DNA from: an uncultured Coriobacteriia bacterium
Lineage (GTDB): Bacteria > Actinomycetota > Aquicultoria > CAYWVN01
DNA length: 47,691 nt
Assembly: GCA_964461725.1 (NCBI GenBank)
Contig: CAYWVN010000001.1
Span: 1 to 47,691 of the forward strand
Direction of reading: 5' to 3'
This document shows, in pieces, positions 8,665-15,694 of this stretch. Every line of letters starts with the position of its first letter. The first letter of the stretch is position 1. The translations under genes were made by a program, and so were the position numbers. Under the pieces are notes generated by a model. It saw only the letters and a program-made list of their open reading frames with translations. It had not been told where the DNA came from and did not search any database.

Positions 8665-9333
8665 TTGGCGACTATGGCAAAACGTGCAGGGTCTAATCAG
8701 CGCGAGGGAGACCGGGGCTCCGGGGCAGGTGTCTGGAACGGAGCAGCTGGACCGAGCCGCGCGACCAAGCGCCCGGAGTCAGCCGAGCAGAAGGCGCCAT
8801 CCGAGCGGCCAAGGACGATGACCAAGGCACGTTGGGCGACCGTGCTTCTTGCCGCAGTCGCTCTTCTTCTGCTGGTTGTTACCGTGGCCTCGCGAAGAGG
8901 CCCCGCGGAGAAGATCGATTCCAGGGCGCTGGCCAAGGTACCACGGGAGTATCTGCTGCCCGGTGAACCGGTTGCCCGGGCTGAGGTCCTCGCGGGAGAA
9001 CGGCGGATGCCGATAATCAAGTGGCTTGTCGCCGTCAAACAGTACACCAACCTGCCCAGTCTCGCGGTCTGGAGGCGCTTCGACCGGGTATTGCGCTCGG
9101 GTGGCTTCGAGCACAATCTCACAGGAGAAGAGAAGCGGGACGACTACTTCTCCATGGACATGCTCAAGCCGGCCGGCCGCCTGCACATAGAGGTCTACCT
9201 CTATCCCACCCCGCAAGGTCCGAAGAAGAGCAAGTCCATCATCGTGTTGAGTCAGATCACCCACGATGCCTTCTCACAGGCGTGGTCACATCGCAATCAG
9301 ACACAGGCCGGCTCGCCTCAGCCTCCTGACTAG
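8665..9333 (+). CDS. Hypothetical single-pass membrane protein (charged N-tail, TM, ~140-aa extracytoplasmic domain)
   Basis: ORF with TM helix WATVLLAAVALLLLVVTVA. No motif recognised. The start is ambiguous (TTG 8665, ATG 8674 or ATG 8818). Confidence 0.45.
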   Translation: MATMAKRAGSNQREGDRGSGAGVWNGAAGPSRATKRPESAEQKAPSERPRTMTKARWATVLLAAVALLLLVVTVASRRGPAEKIDSRALAKVPREYLLPGEPVARAEVLAGERRMPIIKWLVAVKQYTNLPSLAVWRRFDRVLRSGGFEHNLTGEEKRDDYFSMDMLKPAGRLHIEVYLYPTPQGPKKSKSIIVLSQITHDAFSQAWSHRNQTQAGSPQPPD

Positions 9334-9541
9334 GACGCCACGTCTTCGACCTCGGCTTCTAGCCTCGCTGCCCTCAAGTGAGCGTGGAAGCGGGTCGATA
9401 GAGCTATCGTACGCATCCGTCGCGCGCGTCGATACTCCTTTGTGGCCGACCTGTCGCGCAGGCGGGACCCAGCGTGAAGATATGGTGAAGGCAGTGCGGT
9501 TCCCGGCCCGACTACGTTATATTGAGTGAGGCCAAAACGCC

Positions 9542-9558
9542 CCGGTATTGGATACCGG
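9542..9558. promoter_or_regulatory. 17-bp perfect palindrome CCGGTAT-tgg-ATACCGG, 25 nt upstream of the radical-SAM start
   Basis: Arms at 9542-9548 and 9552-9558 are exact reverse complements. It sits between a 250-nt intergenic region and the RBS GGAGGAG (9572-9578). Confidence 0.3.
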
Positions 9559-9582
9559 AACGGCAGCAACCGGAGGAGTAGG

Positions 9583-11064
9583 GTGAAGAGGGTCTTACTG
9601 TGTACACCGCCATATCACTGCGGCGTCCTGGAGTCCTCCGGGGTCTGGATGCCGCTGGGTCTGGCCTACATCGCCGGATCGCTGGAGGCGGCCGGCCACG
9701 AACCCGCCATCTATGACGCGATGTCCTTGTTCGACGAGTGGGACGATATTCGGAAGCGCCTGCGTGCCGATTGCCCCGACGTCGTCGGCGTGGGTGCCTA
9801 CACCGCGACCCTGCACGACGCCGTGCGCCTTCTTGCGGTGGCCAAGGAGGAGCTCCCTGGGGTGGTCACGGTGCTGGGCGGCATCCATCCGACCTTCTGC
9901 TGGCAGGAGGTCCTTGAGGGCGATGGCGACGCGGTCGACTACGTGATCCGCGGCGAAGGCGAGGCGACTTTCCCCGAACTTCTCGAGGCGTTGGAGAGCG
10001 GCGCGGACCCGGCGCAGGTTCCCGGCGTGGCGTGCCGTCGCGACGGCGAGGTCGTCGCCGGCCCGGTGCGGTCTTTCGTCGAGGACCTGGACACGCTGCC
10101 GGTGGCTTGGCACCTTCTGGACTGGCCGATGTATGAGTTCTACGCCGCCACCGACAACTCTCGCATGGCGCTGGTGTGTTCGTCTCGCGGCTGCACGCAG
10201 GGCTGCAGTTTCTGCTCGCAGCAGCTTTTCTGGGAGCGCACCTGGCGCGGTCGGAATCCGGAGAAGTTCGTCGCCGAAATCGAGATGCTGGCCCGCGACC
10301 ACGGCGTCGGCGTCTTCATGATCACCGACGAGATCCCCACGCTCGACCGGGAGCGGTGGGAGAAGATACTCGACCTCCTTATCGAGCGGGACCTGGGCGT
10401 GGAGATCTTGATGGAGACCCGCGTCGACGACGTTCTGCGCGACGAGGACATCATGCACAAGTACCACGAGGCGGGTGTCCTGCACATCTACGTGGGGGTC
10501 GAGGCGACCACTCAAGATACGCTGGATAGATTCAAGAAGAATATCAAGGTGGAGGGGTCGAAGAAGGCGGTCGATCTCATCAACCAGGCCGATATCATCT
10601 CAGAGACCTCGCTGGTGCTCGGGCTGCCGGAGGACACACCGGCCTCCATCAATGCCACGCTGAAGCTGGCGCAGCACTACAACCCGGACATGGCCTTCTT
10701 CCTGGCTCTTGCGCCCTGGCCCTACGCGGACATCTATCCAGAGCTGGAGCCCTTCGTTGAGGAGAAGGACTACAGCAAGTACAATCTGGTGGAGCCGATC
10801 ATCAAGCCGGTCGCGATGTCGCGCGAGGAATTGAACCGTGAGCTCCTGCGCTGCTTCAGGGAGTTCTACATGGGCAAGATGAAGCAACTGCCGGCGATGA
10901 CTCCGTTCAAACGCGAATACATGATGAAGGTAATGAACATCATCATGAACAACTCCTACATCTCGGCTCAGATGAAGGAGATGGGGCCGATACCGGAGAT
11001 GGTCCGGCAGGTGGCCCGGGCACTCGGCCCCGCTCAGGGCAAGCGGGCGGCCGGCCAGGGGTAG
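9583..11064 (+). CDS. B12-binding-domain radical SAM protein (class B)
   Basis: Radical SAM cluster motif CSSRGCTQGCSFCSQ (CxxxCxxC). N-terminal Rossmann-like B12-binding region (VLLCTPPY...VVGVGAYT...VLGGIHPT). GTG 9583 is preceded by GGAGGAG; the track start 9526 has no RBS. Confidence 0.8.
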   Translation: MKRVLLCTPPYHCGVLESSGVWMPLGLAYIAGSLEAAGHEPAIYDAMSLFDEWDDIRKRLRADCPDVVGVGAYTATLHDAVRLLAVAKEELPGVVTVLGGIHPTFCWQEVLEGDGDAVDYVIRGEGEATFPELLEALESGADPAQVPGVACRRDGEVVAGPVRSFVEDLDTLPVAWHLLDWPMYEFYAATDNSRMALVCSSRGCTQGCSFCSQQLFWERTWRGRNPEKFVAEIEMLARDHGVGVFMITDEIPTLDRERWEKILDLLIERDLGVEILMETRVDDVLRDEDIMHKYHEAGVLHIYVGVEATTQDTLDRFKKNIKVEGSKKAVDLINQADIISETSLVLGLPEDTPASINATLKLAQHYNPDMAFFLALAPWPYADIYPELEPFVEEKDYSKYNLVEPIIKPVAMSREELNRELLRCFREFYMGKMKQLPAMTPFKREYMMKVMNIIMNNSYISAQMKEMGPIPEMVRQVARALGPAQGKRAAGQG

Positions 11065-11136
11065 CCGGTCGTAGCCATCCGGCTGCCGGGCGGGTGCAGG
11101 TCGGCGGTCGCGTGAGCTGAGAAAGGGTAATTCCGC

Positions 11137-11820
11137 TTGATACACTTCCTTCCTGCAAGGGTGAACCGCTGGCTGTTCGTCGGCCGGATCAGCCCCTGGA
11201 CGGCGCTGGGGATCATCGCGCTTACTCTCGCGACGACCGTGGCCATCATCATCGCCATCTACCTGAGTTTGGCGCAGGCGCAACCCGGCTTCACGCCCCA
11301 GGAGCTCTCCTACATCGCCGGGCAGGTGAGGGCCGAGCAGCGTCCGGCCGACGCCTCCGCCCATGTCGACTATGCGTGGGCTCTCTACAGGAAGGGCGCT
11401 CTAGGCACGGCCGAAGTGGAGTACAAGAAGGCTTTGAGGCTGGACCCGGACAACCTCGCCGCGATCTACGGCCTGGGGCTGATCGCCGAGCGACGGGGGC
11501 GGTCGAGCGCCGCGGTAAGCTTGTACCGGAAGGCACTTCGGCTCTCGCCGTTCTTCTCCGAGGGCCACTTCCACCTAGGCCGCATCTACCTTGCGCAGAA
11601 GAAGTACGATGCGGCTATCCGCGAACTCAAGAAGGTCATTCGCTACGAGCCGGGCTCCGCCGACAGCCATCTTCTCCTGGGCAAGGCGTACCAAGGGAAG
11701 GGATTCCCCGGTCTTGCGGCGGCCGAGTACCGCGAGGCTTTGCGCTACGTCCCGGATCTTGCCGAAGCGAAGAAGGGCTTGCTTAGCTTGGGCAAGAAGT
11801 GGTGGGAGCGGCGTGACTGA
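11137..11820 (+). CDS. Membrane-anchored TPR-repeat protein
   Basis: TM helix WTALGIIALTLATTVAIIIAIYL, then TPR-like repeats (AWALYRKGALGTAEVEYKKALRLDPDN; GHFHLGRIYLAQKKYDAAIRELKKVIRYEPGS). Its stop overlaps the next start (TGATG). Confidence 0.75.
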   Translation: MIHFLPARVNRWLFVGRISPWTALGIIALTLATTVAIIIAIYLSLAQAQPGFTPQELSYIAGQVRAEQRPADASAHVDYAWALYRKGALGTAEVEYKKALRLDPDNLAAIYGLGLIAERRGRSSAAVSLYRKALRLSPFFSEGHFHLGRIYLAQKKYDAAIRELKKVIRYEPGSADSHLLLGKAYQGKGFPGLAAAEYREALRYVPDLAEAKKGLLSLGKKWWERRD

Positions 11821-12806
11821 TGAAGAAGACGAACCTTCTGGCGACGATCTGGGTCATCCTTCTGGCCGGCGGCCTGGCCAGCCTGTATCTGATCTACGCC
11901 TCCCTAGCGGGTGGTCCGATGTTCCTCCCTCTGGGCCGCCGGGTGACGCCGACGTTCTCCTTCCATGTGTACGGGCGCTCCGCCTATGGGGCCGGCGCGT
12001 TGTCCCGGCCTCTTGGAGCGGCGGTCTCTGAGGACCGCTTGTTCGTTGCGGACACCGGACGGGAGCGCATCCAGGTGTTCGACAAGTCGGGCGATTTCCT
12101 GATGTCGTTTGCCGCAAAGGCGCCGGAGCAGGCACCCGGGAGGGCCGGTGGCCAACCATCCTCCGTGAGCTTCTTTCCGGGTCGCCCCTTGTCCATCTCG
12201 GTCAGTCCCGACGGGCGGGTCTTCGTCGCCGTCTCGGGGAACCCTCGTCTGCTGGTGTTTGACGCGCAGGGCAGGTTCGAATCTCTCTTTCCCCCTTTGA
12301 AGCAGCCGGGGCTGCGGAGTCCGCTGGCTACGGTGGCCACGCGCGACAAGGTCTACGTGACCGACGCCGCTAACCAGTGCATGATCGTCTTCTCGCGCGA
12401 AGGCATCGAGCTCCTGAAGTTCGGTTCGTCCGGCGAGAAGCCGGGCCGGTTCTACTTCGCGACAGGTCTCGCGGTGGACTCGGTCGGGTCGATGTACGTG
12501 GCCGACAGCAACAACGGGCGGGTGCAGGCGTTCGATTCCGTGGGGCAGGCGCTGTTCGAGACGCCGCGCGAATGGCTCACGCTGCCGCGGGGCGTCGCCC
12601 TGGACCGCCTCGGGCGCATCCACGTCGTCGACGCGTTCAACCATCGGGTAGCGGTGCTCTCGCGCGACGGCACACCGCTCTTCAACTATGGGCAGCGTGG
12701 GACCGGGGAAGGTGAACTCAACTTCCCGGCTGGTATTGCCATAGACAATAGCCAGATTTATATTGCTGACAAGGAAAACGACCGCATCTCAGTGTGGGAA
12801 TACTAG
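11820..12806 (+). CDS. NHL-repeat beta-propeller protein with an N-terminal signal anchor
   Basis: Repeated NHL-type blades: LFVADTGRERIQVFDKSGDFL, VYVTDAANQCMIVFSREG, MYVADSNNGRVQAFDSVG, IHVVDAFNHRVAVLSRDG, IYIADKENDRISVWE. N-terminal hydrophobic segment LLATIWVILLAGGLASLYLIYA. Confidence 0.85.
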   Translation: MKKTNLLATIWVILLAGGLASLYLIYASLAGGPMFLPLGRRVTPTFSFHVYGRSAYGAGALSRPLGAAVSEDRLFVADTGRERIQVFDKSGDFLMSFAAKAPEQAPGRAGGQPSSVSFFPGRPLSISVSPDGRVFVAVSGNPRLLVFDAQGRFESLFPPLKQPGLRSPLATVATRDKVYVTDAANQCMIVFSREGIELLKFGSSGEKPGRFYFATGLAVDSVGSMYVADSNNGRVQAFDSVGQALFETPREWLTLPRGVALDRLGRIHVVDAFNHRVAVLSRDGTPLFNYGQRGTGEGELNFPAGIAIDNSQIYIADKENDRISVWEY

Positions 12807-12817
12807 AAGAGAGCCCA

Positions 12818-13258
12818 TTGCATCGTCGCGCCCTTCGTCCGGTCTGGCTCGTGTTCCTGCTGACGGCAACGGTCGTCCTCTACGCGTGCATTCCCGGCAG
12901 GGTAGACCGGCCGCGGGTCGTTGTGTCCCGCTATCTCGGCTACCTGGTTGAGCGCAACTACGAGCGGGCCTATCCGTTGCTCGCTTCCTCGTTCCGAAAG
13001 AAGTACCAGGTCAAGGACGTCATGAGCGTGAGCGAGCGACTGCGGGGCGAGGGGGTTTTCTTCTCTCGGCCGGAGGTGAGGAGTGAACGCATCGATGGAG
13101 ACCGGGCGTTCGTCCGGTACTCCATCGCGGTGCGCGGGGGCGCCGGGCACAGCGGGCGCACCTACTCCGGGGAGTCCGAGCTCCGGAGAGAAGCGGACGT
13201 GTGGCGCATCGTGAAGATCGTCGCCCTGCCGCGCACGTGGCTGGAATCGACCGAGTAA
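12818..13258 (+). CDS. Small putative lipoprotein, function unknown
   Basis: Signal-like HRRALRPVWLVFLLTATVVLYAC with a lipobox-like LYAC. Track start GTG 12794 overlaps the NHL gene; TTG 12818 gives a more typical signal peptide. Confidence 0.5.
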   Translation: MHRRALRPVWLVFLLTATVVLYACIPGRVDRPRVVVSRYLGYLVERNYERAYPLLASSFRKKYQVKDVMSVSERLRGEGVFFSRPEVRSERIDGDRAFVRYSIAVRGGAGHSGRTYSGESELRREADVWRIVKIVALPRTWLESTE

Positions 13259-13270
13259 GACAGGACCGCC

Positions 13271-15352
13271 ATGGCCAAGAAGAAGCGGAAGACCGCACCG
13301 CCGCCGAAGAGCCTGCGATTCGAGGATGAGGTCATCGGCTGGCTCATCCTGCTGATCGTGCTGCTGGTTCCCACGCTGGTCTATCCTCCCATGCTCGACA
13401 TGTACGATCTTGCCAAAGCCACCACCGTGCGGATCCTGGTCATCTCGCTCTTGTTCTTCTGGTGGCTGCGGGTCTCGTTCGGGGAACGGGCGACGCTCCG
13501 GCGCGGTGTCGGCGACGCGCCTCTCGCGGCCTTCCTGACGATTCTGGGCGCGACCGTGGTGACCTCAGTGGTACCGATCATCAGCCTGGTAGGCGCGTTC
13601 AAACGCCATGAAGGCTGGACCACGTTCTTGGCGTACGGCGTGATCTACTTCACCACGGTGAACTTCGTGAGACGCTACTCCGACCTCAAGCGAATCCTCT
13701 TCGTCACTTTCGTCGCAAGCAACCTGGCCGCCATCTATGCCGTTCTGCAGCGGACCGGCATCCCGTATTCGTCCAGTTGGGGCCGCGGGTGGGACTGGCT
13801 GGCCTTCAGCGCGGATAAGTACGAGCTGGTGCGGGCGTTCTCCTCGCTGGGCAACCCAGTGTTCTTGGCCAGCTACATGGCCATGATCCTGCCGTTGGCC
13901 CTGGCCGCCTACTTCTCGGCTCGCGGTCTGGCGGACCAGGCATTCGCGGCCGTCACGGGGTTGCTGGCGCTGGCTGCGCTCATCTTCACCTATTCGCGCG
14001 GTGGTTGGTGGGGCGCGCTGGCCGGAGTGATCGTGCTGCTCGTGATGGCTGCTCCGGCCATCGCCCGTCGCTGGAAAGCTCTGGCCGTGGCGGTGGCGTT
14101 GATCGTGCTGCTCGGATGGCTTATCGACCTGGCACCGATCCAGCGGCAGGGAGTCGGCTCGTCCGTGATCGAGCGGGCCGTCTCATCCGTGAAGCTTGGC
14201 GAAGGCAGCACGGCGACGCGCGCGGAGATGTGGAAATCTACTTTCAACGTGATTAAGGCGCGTCCGCTGACGGGCTTCGGCCTCGAGGTGTTCAAGGAGG
14301 TCTACCCGCGCTACCGGACGGAGCGCCTGGTGCGGTTGGAGGGGGAGATGTCGCTGCCCGACCGGCCGCACAACGAGGCCCTCTATCTGGCAGCGACCGG
14401 GGGCATCTTCGCGCTGCTCGCGTACTTGTGGTTCCTGTTCGCCGTGTGGGGACGGGCGTTTCAATGGCTGCGCCGTTCCGAGTCTCAGGAGCAGAAGCTC
14501 GTAGTCGGCGGATTGATCGCGGCCACCGTGGCTGTCGAGGCCGCCGCCCAGGCGTCGTTCTCCATGATCACCGTGACCCCGGTCTTCTTCGTGATGATGG
14601 GGTTGCTGGCCGTGACGGCGCCTCCACGGGGCGGTCGGCAGGAGGTCTCGTTCCGACTGCCGGGGCTGGATTCGGAGGGGGCCCGCTATGCCGCGCTGGC
14701 CGGCGTGACCGTGCTGTTGCTCGCGCTAGGGGTGTTCTCCTGGCGGCTCGGTGTAGCCGACGTGTACTACAATGCTGGTGTCAATGCCGAGTCGATGGGG
14801 CAGCTTCCGACGGCACTGGTCGGGTACAGCGAGGCGGTGAGCCTGAACCCGTGGCAGAACATGTACCGGCTGAACCTGGGGGCGAGCCTTCAACGACAGG
14901 CGCAAGCATCGCGTGACCGGGGCATCGCCGACCAGGCGCTGCAGGTCTATCGTGACGGAGTGGCCATGGATCCCCTTGACGAAGACACGTGGGCCAATAT
15001 GGGCGACGCCTATCGTAACTACGCCGCGCAGTGGAACGACCCGGCCAAGCTGGACAACGCGATTGCGGCATACCGCCAGGCGATCCGGATAGATCCGTGG
15101 TTCGCCGCGCCCAACGAGGGCGCGGGGGCCATATGGATCCAGCGTAACCGACCCGCTGAAGCCATCCCCTATCTGCGGGCCGCGGTCAGGGTGGACCCGA
15201 AGAGAACTGAGAGTTTCTACCTTCTCGGTCTGTCCTACGAGGTCGGAAACCGGGTCGAGGAGGCCAGGGCGGCATTCCGGAAGGTACTCGAGTTGGACCC
15301 GAAGCACTCCGGGGCACGGAAAGAGCTGGCCAAGCTGACCCGGTCGAAGTAG
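13271..15352 (+). CDS. Polytopic O-antigen-ligase/Wzy_C-like membrane protein fused to C-terminal TPR repeats
   Basis: At least 10 hydrophobic helices. Wzy_C-like core (IFTYSRGGWWGALAGVIVLL, GFGLEVFKEVYPRY, PHNEALYLAATGGIFALLAYLWF). C-terminal TPR repeats (YSEAVSLNPWQ, AYRQAIRIDPWF, AFRKVLELDPKH). Confidence 0.75.
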   Translation: MAKKKRKTAPPPKSLRFEDEVIGWLILLIVLLVPTLVYPPMLDMYDLAKATTVRILVISLLFFWWLRVSFGERATLRRGVGDAPLAAFLTILGATVVTSVVPIISLVGAFKRHEGWTTFLAYGVIYFTTVNFVRRYSDLKRILFVTFVASNLAAIYAVLQRTGIPYSSSWGRGWDWLAFSADKYELVRAFSSLGNPVFLASYMAMILPLALAAYFSARGLADQAFAAVTGLLALAALIFTYSRGGWWGALAGVIVLLVMAAPAIARRWKALAVAVALIVLLGWLIDLAPIQRQGVGSSVIERAVSSVKLGEGSTATRAEMWKSTFNVIKARPLTGFGLEVFKEVYPRYRTERLVRLEGEMSLPDRPHNEALYLAATGGIFALLAYLWFLFAVWGRAFQWLRRSESQEQKLVVGGLIAATVAVEAAAQASFSMITVTPVFFVMMGLLAVTAPPRGGRQEVSFRLPGLDSEGARYAALAGVTVLLLALGVFSWRLGVADVYYNAGVNAESMGQLPTALVGYSEAVSLNPWQNMYRLNLGASLQRQAQASRDRGIADQALQVYRDGVAMDPLDEDTWANMGDAYRNYAAQWNDPAKLDNAIAAYRQAIRIDPWFAAPNEGAGAIWIQRNRPAEAIPYLRAAVRVDPKRTESFYLLGLSYEVGNRVEEARAAFRKVLELDPKHSGARKELAKLTRSK

Positions 15353-15405
15353 GAAACGCCGAGGTCGGAGTGGCCAAAGGGGCGCGTCCGGACGGGCTGC
15401 GTCTC

Positions 15406-15435
15406 TGGACGGATGGGCACAGTCTGGGGTATAGT
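15406..15435 (+). promoter_or_regulatory. Possible promoter TGGACG-18 nt-TATAGT
   Basis: Found by eye in the 342-nt gap before the second cytochrome gene. The -35 matches 4/6 and the -10 matches 5/6. Confidence 0.3.
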
Positions 15436-15592
15436 AATAAGGTGTTTCGTCTCCGGGGATGATTTCGGCGGCGAACACGGATGTAGGGCCGCAGCCACAT
15501 CCGCTCCGCCCGATTCTATATGCCCCAGCTGGGCAAAGGCTTGTTCGTGCCGGGCGGGACCGAGGCGGGGGGCGTGAGGTGGTTGTGGATAA

Positions 15593-15608
15593 TGTGAACT
15601 GGTTCACA
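15593..15608. promoter_or_regulatory. Perfect CRP/GlxR-type operator TGTGA-N6-TCACA
   Basis: TGTGA (15593-15597), actggt, TCACA (15604-15608). The arms extend to TGTGAAC/GTTCACA. It lies 87 nt upstream of ATG 15695 of the second multihaem cytochrome. Confidence 0.55.
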
Positions 15609-15694
15609 TGCGGACACCGAGGGCGGCAGAAAGCCACCGTGGGTGTCGCGGTGTGCTGCGCCCAGGGGTGCGCACGAATGCAGGATCAGCACGC

